From IMG/VR virus record IMGVR_UViG_3300027793_000082, positions 4,959 through 68,958 of that record: DNA of 64,000 bases; one strand, written 5' to 3'. A program made the position numbers and the translations under genes. A model generated the notes under the pieces. That model was not told where the DNA came from. It saw only the letters and a program-made list of their open reading frames with translations, and searched no databases. This stretch comes from a virus. This document shows, in pieces, positions 10,025-18,841 of the stretch (positions within the stretch are counted from its first letter, which is position 1; each line of letters begins with the position of its first letter).

Positions 10025-11239
10025 TCACAAAAATTTCAAGTTCGCAACATTTACAGCCACACCAGCCAAGTAGTCAGCTGCATTACCAAGTGAACTTGCA
10101 ACATTGCTGAGTTCCAGGTAACCATATCGTGTCATGAAAGATACCACTGGTTCGAAGGTGTTGGGATCAATCACAACACCACTGCTTGTCAGTGGCACAT
10201 ATGGGCAGTAGTAGGCTGCGGCGTCGATTTCGCCAGGGCCCTTGTAACCCACGAGCACTGGGGTGTCGTCAGCAGCATATTGGTCCACATACACACGCAC
10301 AGAGTTGTTCAAAACGCCAACGAACTTGGTGTTGGTTGGAGCTTCGAAAGTGCCCTCAGTTGTGCGAGCGAAAGCCGAAGTTGTTGCGCTTTGCAGGATT
10401 GTTAGTGCTGTGGGGGAAACCACAACCCAGTTACCAGCACCACGACGTGTGCGGGCAGCAATCAAGTTTGCACCACGGTTGATCAGCACAGCAAGAGCAG
10501 CATGCTCGTCACCCACGAATGTGGCAGTGCCGCTCACAGCGCCTTGGTCGTATGTGAGAGTGATGCCAGCGAGGTTGCGCAAGCTGTTCAAAATTTCTTG
10601 GTCAATTTCAGCTGTGATTTCTTGAGCCAAAGCAGCCATAATCTCAGCTTCGATGTCAATGCCTTGTTGGGCTTGTGCATCTTGTGCAGCCTCGAAAGTC
10701 CAGCGAGCGCTGAGCTTGCGGGTCTTGGCTTCCACAGTTTCCTTGAGGATTTGGATGTTCAGTCTCTTGCCAGCTGTGCCTTCCAGTGTTGCAGCAGCAG
10801 CACCGCGAGGGTTGCTCACATCGCCGTTACCGCTGTAGAAGCGAGCAATGTCAAATGGGCTGAGAGCTTCTGTACCAGCAATCACGCTACCAGCTACTGC
10901 TGGGTTGGGGAAGGTATCAGCATAACGCACACGCAATGTGTGGATTTGTCCAACGGGGCCTGTCATGGGCTGCACGCCAATGATCTCGTTAGCGATCACT
11001 GTGGGCATCACTCGACGGATAACAGGAAGGATAACCTTGTTCAATGTTGCAACATTGCCTTGGCTTGTGGCGCCAGGAGTTGCATTTTCAAACAAGATAC
11101 CAGCCTTGCTGCTTAGGTCACGCTTGGTATTCTCTAGAACCACTTCCATAACTTTCTTGCGATTGCCGGTGAGGCCCTCGCAGAGAGCGTCTCTGGTGAG
11201 ATTCCAGTTGGCTTCAAAAAGGTTGCCTTTCATAGTCAT
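10025..11239 (-). CDS. major capsid protein (T4 gp23-like)
   Basis: IIGVQPMTGPVGQI, VEAKTRKLSARWTFEAAQDAQAQ, YCPYVPL, FMTRYG. Confidence 0.96.
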   Translation of the reverse strand: MTMKGNLFEANWNLTRDALCEGLTGNRKKVMEVVLENTKRDLSSKAGILFENATPGATSQGNVATLNKVILPVIRRVMPTVIANEIIGVQPMTGPVGQIHTLRVRYADTFPNPAVAGSVIAGTEALSPFDIARFYSGNGDVSNPRGAAAATLEGTAGKRLNIQILKETVEAKTRKLSARWTFEAAQDAQAQQGIDIEAEIMAALAQEITAEIDQEILNSLRNLAGITLTYDQGAVSGTATFVGDEHAALAVLINRGANLIAARTRRGAGNWVVVSPTALTILQSATTSAFARTTEGTFEAPTNTKFVGVLNNSVRVYVDQYAADDTPVLVGYKGPGEIDAAAYYCPYVPLTSSGVVIDPNTFEPVVSFMTRYGYLELSNVASSLGNAADYLAGVAVNVANLKFL

Positions 11240-11246
11240 TTTCTCC

Positions 11247-12452
11247 TTATTGTGCTTTGGCTACACCGGCCAAATACAAGATATTTTGAAGATCAGGATC
11301 TTCAGTTGGGTTTTGTTGTGTTTCCACGAGACTTACTCTGTCTCCGGAATGAGCCACAGCTTTTCTGGGTGCTACTGGCGCTGCTTTTGGTGCAGAGGCA
11401 GCAGTTTGGTTCAATACTGCGGGCAAGTATCTGTGGTAGCTTTCTTTTAGATGTGAGGTTTTCACATCTTCCAGGAGGCTTTCCATGATCTTTTTCTTGT
11501 CTCTGGCCAAGGGACTCAATAGCTCATTGAGCACTTGTGCTCTTTGAAGCTGAGCTTGTGCTGCACGGCTTTGTGCACGAACGCTTTCCAGGAGATTTTC
11601 TTTCTCATGAATTGCCTTTTGTGCTTCTGCTAGTGCTGCTTGTTGCTTCTTGAGTTGATCACTGAGCTTTTTGACTTGAGTACCTTCTGCAAGGTAGCTG
11701 GTCATGAATTCAGCGGCCACAGCTTCGAAGATCTTACGACCAAAATTGTTCTCACGAGCAATCTTGATGTCGTCTCTCCATTGCACCAACTCGCGCTTGA
11801 TTACCTCGTTCAAGGTTTTATCAACCACGGTGGTTGCTCTGTTGACAAATGAGCGTTGAGTCTCATCCAGCTTGCGCTTTGCTTCGCTTGCCAGTTTGAT
11901 TCGTTGCTCGACCAGAGCCTTTTTGTCACGTTGAAATTCGGAAATTTCTTCTGACAATTGCTTGAGAACAAAGTTCTCCAGTTTGCCAATTTTAGCTTCG
12001 AGAGTTGCTTGAGTGCTTTTCTTGCTCTCCAGCAGTTCTTTAGCCATAGATTTGCGTTGAACAGCCAACTGTTGTCTGTCGGCTTGGAACTCAGCAATTT
12101 CCTTCCGGATCTCGCCTTGCATAAACTGTTCCATCATTTTCACATGTTGGGCCAGCTTTTTGTTGTAAGTGGATTTTGCTTCACTGACAGCTTTGGTGAG
12201 TTGCACCTTTTTAGTTGCCACTGCTTGCTTGTCTTGAGCGAACTCACTGAGTTCTTTTCTCACAACATCGTTCAACATCTTGTCCATGGCTTCCACAAGC
12301 AATCCGCGCTCGTGCTCGAAGCGGTGAGCATAACTTTCTTGGAGCTTTGTCTCAGCTTCTTTGAGCTTGTTTGTGAATGCTTCCTGAAGGGCAGTTTTGG
12401 CTTCGGGGCCAAGCACTTCGTTCTCCAGGAGCTCTTGTAGTTGTTTTTCCAT
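11247..12452 (-). CDS. prohead core/scaffold protein (T4 gp22-like)
   Basis: Coiled-coil protein between protease and capsid genes; FGRKIFEA motif. Confidence 0.8.
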   Translation of the reverse strand: MEKQLQELLENEVLGPEAKTALQEAFTNKLKEAETKLQESYAHRFEHERGLLVEAMDKMLNDVVRKELSEFAQDKQAVATKKVQLTKAVSEAKSTYNKKLAQHVKMMEQFMQGEIRKEIAEFQADRQQLAVQRKSMAKELLESKKSTQATLEAKIGKLENFVLKQLSEEISEFQRDKKALVEQRIKLASEAKRKLDETQRSFVNRATTVVDKTLNEVIKRELVQWRDDIKIARENNFGRKIFEAVAAEFMTSYLAEGTQVKKLSDQLKKQQAALAEAQKAIHEKENLLESVRAQSRAAQAQLQRAQVLNELLSPLARDKKKIMESLLEDVKTSHLKESYHRYLPAVLNQTAASAPKAAPVAPRKAVAHSGDRVSLVETQQNPTEDPDLQNILYLAGVAKAQ

Positions 12453-12470
12453 AGGACTGGCGTCTCCTTG

Positions 12471-13103
12471 TTAAATCTTCAACTCGTTAACCCAGCGTAG
12501 CAAGGTCTTGGTGAGATGCTTTTGAGCCTTCTCATCTTGACGCACGCTTTCTGCCAAGTCTCTGATGTTGTTGCCGAGCCTTCTGTGATACATGGCCTCA
12601 TACACAGGTACAGGGAATGCACTTGGGGCTGAAGGTTTGGCTACTATGTCGACTGTCAACATTTCAAATTCTGAAACGTTCCCATAGGGATCGACATTGC
12701 CTGAGCCACGTGATGAAACGCCAAGTTTTACACCACTCTCAAGCAAGGTTTTTGCAATTTGACCGCAAGGTGTTGGCAGTACCTTCAACTTTCCGATGCC
12801 ATTGGGTCCATCCATCCACATCTTGATGATGCTGTGGCTCACACGATCCAAATGGATCTGCAGCTCTTGTGGATGATCCAGTTCACCAGGCACGCCGTTG
12901 TCTTTGGCGATGCTTGAATTTACTAGCTCTACGGCTTTGCGAATCTCATCTACAGGATAGACTCTTCCGTTGTGATTTTTGATTCCTCCTTGAATGAAGA
13001 TGCCTTCCATGAATAGGTTCTTTGTACCACCTTCAATGGCCTCAGTAACCACCTTCATTTGGGCGTCATCAAAATGCAAGTGTTCTTGTAGAATCTTAAC
13101 CAT
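12471..13103 (-). CDS. prohead protease (T4 gp21-like)
   Basis: EGIFIQ, N.NGRVY, GELDHP, LGVSSRGSG, DIVAKPSAP. Confidence 0.95.
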   Translation of the reverse strand: MVKILQEHLHFDDAQMKVVTEAIEGGTKNLFMEGIFIQGGIKNHNGRVYPVDEIRKAVELVNSSIAKDNGVPGELDHPQELQIHLDRVSHSIIKMWMDGPNGIGKLKVLPTPCGQIAKTLLESGVKLGVSSRGSGNVDPYGNVSEFEMLTVDIVAKPSAPSAFPVPVYEAMYHRRLGNNIRDLAESVRQDEKAQKHLTKTLLRWVNELKI

Positions 13104-13196
13104 TTTTGTTTTCCTGTTTGGTTTCAGTAATGATATTTACTACAAAAGTTTGTAGTGCTGGTTTTTTGGTGAAAAAACCAGTGTTTTTTCAAAGAC

Positions 13197-13226
13197 AATA
13201 CCGCAACTGTACTCAGTTGCGGTATT
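13197..13226. terminator. 13-bp stem hairpin between acidic core gene and protease gene
   Basis: aataccgcaactg-tact-cagttgcggtatt. Confidence 0.65.
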
Positions 13227-13241
13227 TCTTCACTCAAATCA

Positions 13242-14492
13242 TTACTTCTTTGGTGTAGTTCCGGTGCTGCCAAGTGGGCTGCGAACGTTGGCTGCGCCGA
13301 ATCCTTCGGTGCGATCCTTGTTCAACATGGCCTTTGTGCTGCCTTCCTTGCTCACATGTCCCATGTCATCAGTGGCCTTCTTGCGACGGTTGGTGATGTT
13401 CATGCTGGCACTAGAGGGTGCTGGTTGCAGATGGTAACCATCAGCCTTTGGTCCTTTTCCAGTCTCAACAGCTTTTGCGCCAGGCACTGGGCTTGGAGAG
13501 GCCTTTGGAGTTGGGCTAGTTTTGCTCACATCAGGACGGGCAAACTTGCCGGCACCAACTTCAGCAGCTTTCTTGAGGTCAACATGAACAGTGTCAAGCT
13601 CAACAGCCTCGTCTAGATCATCATACTCTTCGTCGAGATCGTCGGTGTCGTCCATCCAGTTTTCTCTGAGGCCAGCTAAATGATCAATGACAAAGTGCCA
13701 GCACTTTTCCTGATCACCACTGAATAGGATGTTCTCTTCGTCGTCTTCTTCCCAAACTTCACAATCAGCGGGAGTTCCACCAATATTTAGGTCGCCTACT
13801 AATATTTCAACAGACCCATACCCAGATGCACTTTGCACTTTATGACGTCTTCCATTAACAACGAGAGTTGTGCCATCACTGCTAAATTTGTAGTGTGTGC
13901 CCGCTGGTGTAGTGCCCGAATCAGCCATTTCTTTCAAAGGCTCTTTGTCCTCCTCCGTGTCCCCATGTTCGCCATGCAGCTCAGCCTTCATAGCTTCAAA
14001 CTCAGCAGTCAACTCATCAATTGCTTGCTCAATGTCACGGAAGCGCTCATCTGCACCTTCTTCCTCATGCTCTTCGCCTTCCATGTCTGCATCCATGTCC
14101 ATGTCGGCATCGGCGTCCATTTCAGCGTCCATGTCCATGTCGTCGTCGTCCATGTCCATGTCTTCTTCTTCGTCTTCAACGTCCACGTCTACTTCAACGT
14201 CTTCGTCGTCAGCTGTGTCAGTGAGGTCTTCAACAGCATCGTCGAGGTCCACATCTTCCATGGTGCCGTCACCATAGTGTTCCTCGCTTTCGATCTCTTC
14301 CTTATGCACTTCCACGTCGCGGCCGAGGTCTTCACCTTCGTCTCCGCCCATTTCGTGCTCGTCGTCTGACAGCATTTCCTCGTGTATTGCGCGGGCCTTC
14401 TCAATGAAGATTTGATGCAATAGGTCACGAGCTTTGTCTTCTTGCTCGTTGATAAGGTAATCCATTACCTTCAACAGCTTGCTATTAGCCAT
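13242..14492 (-). CDS. highly acidic prohead core/internal protein
   Basis: D/E/M-rich low complexity (DMDMD), position in the head module, TAAATA upstream. Confidence 0.7.
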   Translation of the reverse strand: MANSKLLKVMDYLINEQEDKARDLLHQIFIEKARAIHEEMLSDDEHEMGGDEGEDLGRDVEVHKEEIESEEHYGDGTMEDVDLDDAVEDLTDTADDEDVEVDVDVEDEEEDMDMDDDDMDMDAEMDADADMDMDADMEGEEHEEEGADERFRDIEQAIDELTAEFEAMKAELHGEHGDTEEDKEPLKEMADSGTTPAGTHYKFSSDGTTLVVNGRRHKVQSASGYGSVEILVGDLNIGGTPADCEVWEEDDEENILFSGDQEKCWHFVIDHLAGLRENWMDDTDDLDEEYDDLDEAVELDTVHVDLKKAAEVGAGKFARPDVSKTSPTPKASPSPVPGAKAVETGKGPKADGYHLQPAPSSASMNITNRRKKATDDMGHVSKEGSTKAMLNKDRTEGFGAANVRSPLGSTGTTPKK

Positions 14493-14587
14493 AGTTTGTC
14501 TCCTTTGGTAAAGTTGATAGACTCTGTGTTTATTTAGAAGGAGTTGCAGAATAACCCTGATTTATTGCAGAAATAGGGTGATTTTTG

Positions 14588-14815
14588 TTACATTCCTGGC
14601 ATTCCGCCAGCACCAGCCTCTGGAGCTCCATACAACAAGCCCAACAAATCTCGGCGCACAAGGTTTTCCAGTTTCTTGGCACTGCGCATTCTTTTCATTT
14701 GGTTCAAATGCGCAATTGTGATCTTGGGACGCCGTGGATCATACTGATTTTGCATTGTGTAGTGGTCTTGGTCAGGGCTGTAATAGCCTGCGCTGTCTAA
14801 ATCCATTGCTCTCAT
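14588..14815 (-). CDS. small head-module hypothetical protein
   Basis: RRPKITIAHLNQMKRMR...LYG; TAAATA at 14821-14826. Confidence 0.65.
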   Translation of the reverse strand: MRAMDLDSAGYYSPDQDHYTMQNQYDPRRPKITIAHLNQMKRMRSAKKLENLVRRDLLGLLYGAPEAGAGGMPGM

Positions 14816-14876
14816 GTTCCTATTTATTGCAGACAATCACTGTGCGTTGTATAGTTCAATTCAAAGGAGTGCTCAA

Positions 14877-15485
14877 ATGTCAGTGTATCAATTTTTACCA
14901 AGTCCCAGTTTTGGTGCTGGTGAAGCCAATGTTGCCACTTGGAAGGATGGATTTTCAGGAGAGGACATCAAAAAAATAATTCAATTGGGCCAAGCCAGGC
15001 AACCTGGCAAAGCAATAATAGGTGGCTACGATCCTGCACAAAATTATGAACAAATACGCAAGAGCAAAACCAGTTGGATTGAAGCTGGTCCAGACACCGA
15101 CTGGATTTACCAAAGGCTGGGAAATATTGCCCGCAATTTGAACGGTCAGCATTTTCGTTTTGATTTATGGGGCTTTGGGGAGCATCTGCAATACACTGAA
15201 TACCACGGTGAGGACGAAGGTCATTACACTTGGCACATTGACAGCGGAGTTTCATCCACCAATTATGGTCCACGCAAACTCAGTGTAGTGCTACAATTGA
15301 GTGATCCCAGTGAGTACGATGGTGGCAATCTTCAAGTAAACTTGGGTTCCGAACCCCAAACCATTTCCAAAGATCTGGGATTGATAGCTGTATTCCCCAG
15401 CTTTGTTTTACACAGAGTTACCCCTGTTACACAAGGGACCCGTCGTACCTTAGTGGCTTGGCTCACAGGACCTGCCTTTCGCTAA
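14877..15485 (+). CDS. 2OG-Fe(II) oxygenase (prolyl-4-hydroxylase/PKHD-type)
   Basis: WHID (HxD), RKLSVVLQLS, LHRVTPVTQGTRRTLVAW; AAGGAG RBS. Confidence 0.9.
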   Translation: MSVYQFLPSPSFGAGEANVATWKDGFSGEDIKKIIQLGQARQPGKAIIGGYDPAQNYEQIRKSKTSWIEAGPDTDWIYQRLGNIARNLNGQHFRFDLWGFGEHLQYTEYHGEDEGHYTWHIDSGVSSTNYGPRKLSVVLQLSDPSEYDGGNLQVNLGSEPQTISKDLGLIAVFPSFVLHRVTPVTQGTRRTLVAWLTGPAFR

Positions 15486-16456
15486 GGTTGATTGGCTATC
15501 CACTCAATAATAACACCTCCAGGTGTGCCTCCTGCCCCATAGCCTTCAGTACCTGTACCACCTAACCCCACTCTCAGCGAGTCAGCATTTATTTTTACAA
15601 ATGGTCCGTTGCTAGTGGGTTCTCCTCTTGCACCTGGCTGTCCAGGTTGACCGGCAGGAGAGGGCGGACCAGGAAGCTGTCCACCACCACCTCCAGGACT
15701 TGTAGCCATTGGCAACCCAACTGGATCAAGAATCTCACTGGGATTGCCAGAGTTGCCTGGAGCAGATATGTTGGATGCCCCGCCGCCGCCCACAATAACA
15801 ATGATTGTTGAGCCGCTTGTTACTGGCAGCCAGGTTTCCATTGCTCCGCCAGGGCCTCCAGGCCCACCAGGCAAAATTACATTGTTGTAGGATATCTCTG
15901 TACCAGCGCCGCCACCACCGTCGCCACCGCCCCCTCCATATGTTTGATTGCTATAGGAGTAAAGGACACCAGGTGCACTTGCACCTCCGCCACCAACAAT
16001 TGTTGCCTTGATCTCTGTGGTTTCAACAGGAACTGGCCATGGAAAAACACCCGCTGAAACAAAACTAGCTACAGCAAAAGTTTGTCCTTTGCCTGCAGGT
16101 CCTATTTGCCCAGGTGGTCCAGGTGGTCCAGGACCACCTGCAGGGCCTGGACCACCCGCTGGGCCTGTAATCCCAGTGGGGCCTGGCGGTCCCAACAACC
16201 CACCTGGAGCCCCAGGTGCGCCTGTGGCTCCTTTTTCTCCAGGAGGAGCCGGAATACCCGCCAATCCAGGAGCCCCGCCAGGGCCTGTTGCACCTCTGGG
16301 TCCTTGAAATCCTGGAAATCTGCTGGCTGGTCCCAATATCAAAGCTGTTGAGTCACTGTTAACAATCAATGGCATACCAGCAGGTGCCTTATACACTGTG
16401 GTATTGGAGATATCAGCTGAATCTCCTAAAAGTCTCTTGTCTAGCAATCTTGGCAT
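15482..16456 (-). CDS. collagen-like fibre protein with Gly-rich C-terminal domain (paralog 3)
   Basis: Gly-X-Y runs (GPP/GAP); C-terminal GGVIIEW. Confidence 0.8.
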   Translation of the reverse strand: MPRLLDKRLLGDSADISNTTVYKAPAGMPLIVNSDSTALILGPASRFPGFQGPRGATGPGGAPGLAGIPAPPGEKGATGAPGAPGGLLGPPGPTGITGPAGGPGPAGGPGPPGPPGQIGPAGKGQTFAVASFVSAGVFPWPVPVETTEIKATIVGGGGASAPGVLYSYSNQTYGGGGGDGGGGAGTEISYNNVILPGGPGGPGGAMETWLPVTSGSTIIVIVGGGGASNISAPGNSGNPSEILDPVGLPMATSPGGGGGQLPGPPSPAGQPGQPGARGEPTSNGPFVKINADSLRVGLGGTGTEGYGAGGTPGGVIIEWIANQP

Positions 16457-16461
16457 CTATT

Positions 16462-17400
16462 TCATATCCATTCTATAAGTGCAGCGCCAGGTAATCCTGC
16501 GCCATCCGAACCACCAGAAGAACCATAGCTAAATGCTTTTTGTTGCAAGAGTCCTTGTGTTGCAGGAATTGAGGACCCTGGCGTTCCCATATTTGCGCCA
16601 TTTGCTGCCGTACCACCAGATGCGGTCACTGTGGGCGATCCAGGCCCACTCCAAACTGACGGTGTGCCTGGTAATCCAGGAACTCCTGTAGTTGCTGGAT
16701 AAAATACTGGGTTGCCATTTATATCTGGATAGTTTGTACCCGTGCTTATGGTTTGTGCTCGGCCTCCTACTCCTATTGTCACAGAGTAGCTAGCTCCGCC
16801 CGATATAGGTATCCATTGCTGCGCTATACCACCACTTCCCCCAGGAGCTCCTGCAACAGTCCAACCTGGAGTAACATTGGTAATCTGTTCTGTATCTTGA
16901 ACAAATGGCGGTGAGTTCACTGTTACACCGCCACCCCCACCAGCACCTATTAAAGTCAATCTTACGGATGAGGCATCAGCAGGGGCTACCCAGTTACCTG
17001 GACTGGTCAAAATCACAGCACGAATATCTTGATTTCCGCCTGGCGGACCTGGAGGCCCAGTTACCCCTAAGCCTCCAGCTGGCCCTGCAGGAGCTCCGCC
17101 TTGTCCAGTAGGTCCTGTGGGTCCTGGGATGCCTGGAGATCCACTGGATGGTCCAGGAGGTCCTGGAGGGCCAGTGTCACCTATTAAGGCGCTACTGGCA
17201 CCTGGGGGCCCAATCAACCCTGGTTCTCCACCTGGGCCTGGTGGACCAGGAGGTCCTGGAGGACCGCCAGGAATAGTAACCACCAAAGTGTCGCCTGTTG
17301 GTGCCACACGCAATACGAACCCAGCTGGTGCACCATACAACACTGTGTTCAAAACGTCACGGTTTGGTCCTACAATTCGGTTATCTAAAAGTTTGACCAT
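16462..17400 (-). CDS. collagen-like fibre protein with Gly-rich C-terminal domain (paralog 2)
   Basis: [10 protein letters not shown] runs; LIGAGGGGG; C-terminal GAALIEW. Confidence 0.8.
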   Translation of the reverse strand: MVKLLDNRIVGPNRDVLNTVLYGAPAGFVLRVAPTGDTLVVTIPGGPPGPPGPPGPGGEPGLIGPPGASSALIGDTGPPGPPGPSSGSPGIPGPTGPTGQGGAPAGPAGGLGVTGPPGPPGGNQDIRAVILTSPGNWVAPADASSVRLTLIGAGGGGGVTVNSPPFVQDTEQITNVTPGWTVAGAPGGSGGIAQQWIPISGGASYSVTIGVGGRAQTISTGTNYPDINGNPVFYPATTGVPGLPGTPSVWSGPGSPTVTASGGTAANGANMGTPGSSIPATQGLLQQKAFSYGSSGGSDGAGLPGAALIEWI

Positions 17401-17774
17401 CAATCAACCCATTCAATTACTATCAAACCTGAACCACCCGGACCTCCTGATGGATTGGAAGCCACAGGATCTCCCCCGCTACCTCCCAAACCATAAAGAT
17501 AAAATCCTTGCGGTATTCCCCAAACAGCTGGCGGTGTAGTTGTTGGAAAGCCGAGCGACAATTGCCCCCCTCCTGCTGAATAATTGGCTCCTCCCGCCCC
17601 ACTAAATGTTGTGGCTTGCCCACTTGTTGCAGAGGAGGTTGTGGTTTGTCCTGCCCCACCTGCACCAACCACCAATGAGTATGTAGCACCAGGCACAACC
17701 TCTACCCATAATTGTAAAACAGCACCAGAGCTGCCCGCCAATCCCGGAAAATAACCACCTATACTACCGCTCAT
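17400..17774 (-). CDS. C-terminal half of Gly-rich domain of collagen-like paralog 1
   Basis: [15 protein letters not shown] and GLIVIEW match the C-termini of the two paralogs. Confidence 0.7.
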   Translation of the reverse strand: MSGSIGGYFPGLAGSSGAVLQLWVEVVPGATYSLVVGAGGAGQTTTSSATSGQATTFSGAGGANYSAGGGQLSLGFPTTTPPAVWGIPQGFYLYGLGGSGGDPVASNPSGGPGGSGLIVIEWVD

Positions 17775-18358
17775 GTCTCAACTCCTGGTCCGCCGCCACC
17801 GCCTCCAATGCCCCCGCCCGGAGTACCTCCGCCTTCTCCTCCACCTGGTGGCGGTGCTCCAGGTGGCACATAAATGCCCTGTCCGCCACCAGCGCCACCG
17901 CCAACAAGTGTGAGTTTGACCCTGCGCACATTTGGTGGTACCGTCCATGTAATGGAGCCAGCTGTGCTAAAAACTTCACCATGCCATTGTTGGCCTGATC
18001 CTGGTTGTCCAGTTTCCCCTGCTGGTCCGGCTGGGCCTGCTGGTCCAGGCGGGCCACCGTTGGGACCCGGTGGTCCCACAGATCCAGGAGGTCCAACAGG
18101 TCCACCACCAGGTCCAGGCGGACCTGGTGGTCCAGGCGGACCAACAATGAAAATGTCATCCCCAGGAGGTCCTTGCGGACCAGGACTTCCTGCATTGCCC
18201 ACTGGTCCTGGGGGTCCAGGTGGACCAATTTCTTGACCAAAAAACAGTTGTTCTCCGTTTGGTGTGACCTTGAGCACAAGTCCAGCTGGAACACCAGCTA
18301 GTTGTGTATCAACTAGATCAGCAGACCCAACAACACGGTTATCTAGCAGTTTTGGCAT
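17771..18358 (-). CDS. collagen-like fibre protein, N-terminal part (paralog 1)
   Basis: MPKLLDNR N-terminus shared with paralogs; Gly-X-Y runs. Confidence 0.8.
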   Translation of the reverse strand: MPKLLDNRVVGSADLVDTQLAGVPAGLVLKVTPNGEQLFFGQEIGPPGPPGPVGNAGSPGPQGPPGDDIFIVGPPGPPGPPGPGGGPVGPPGSVGPPGPNGGPPGPAGPAGPAGETGQPGSGQQWHGEVFSTAGSITWTVPPNVRRVKLTLVGGGAGGGQGIYVPPGAPPPGGGEGGGTPGGGIGGGGGGPGVET

Positions 18359-18367
18359 GATCACATA

Positions 18368-18838
18368 TTACGTAGCTGTGGCATTTGCAATTTCCAGCAA
18401 GCTGACAATAACATCAACACAATTATCAGTAGATGTATTTGTTGTTTCAGCAGGTGGATTACTTACCTGAACAACCAAACTGTCCCCACTACTCATGATC
18501 AAATTACCATTCAGGGGGTCAAAGGCGTTATTGGGAATAAGTGTGTAGTTGTTCACAAGATATCGTCTTGCAACTGGAGAGTATAAGGGATCTGGCGGAT
18601 TATCCACCCAAACACTGAGATTGATTGTTTTTCTTTGAGTAGGACTGCTGGGGCTGCCTGTAATATTGCTGCATTGTACAGTCAACAACACGATGCTTAC
18701 TTCTGTGGGATCAACACCAGGAGGCAAGGTATTATTGGGTATATTGGAGTCAAAACTAGATACTTTGTAGATGGTTGTGGCTTGATCATTTGCCACTCGA
18801 ACTTTGACATTACGAAAGTTAAAAATAGGTGCGGGCAT
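18368..18838 (-). CDS. probable virion structural protein
   Basis: ORF in the fibre operon; beta-rich, ends VSLLEI. Confidence 0.6.
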   Translation of the reverse strand: MPAPIFNFRNVKVRVANDQATTIYKVSSFDSNIPNNTLPPGVDPTEVSIVLLTVQCSNITGSPSSPTQRKTINLSVWVDNPPDPLYSPVARRYLVNNYTLIPNNAFDPLNGNLIMSSGDSLVVQVSNPPAETTNTSTDNCVDVIVSLLEIANATAT

Positions 18839-18841
18839 ATG

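Noticed and set aside
14040-14270. Short tandem DNA repeats (catgtc)n and antisense Ser-rich ORFs
   Set aside because: Explained by Asp-Met low-complexity coding on the minus strand
15482-18358. Plus-strand Gly/Pro-rich ORFs
   Set aside because: Antisense shadows of collagen codons (GGN/CCN symmetry)
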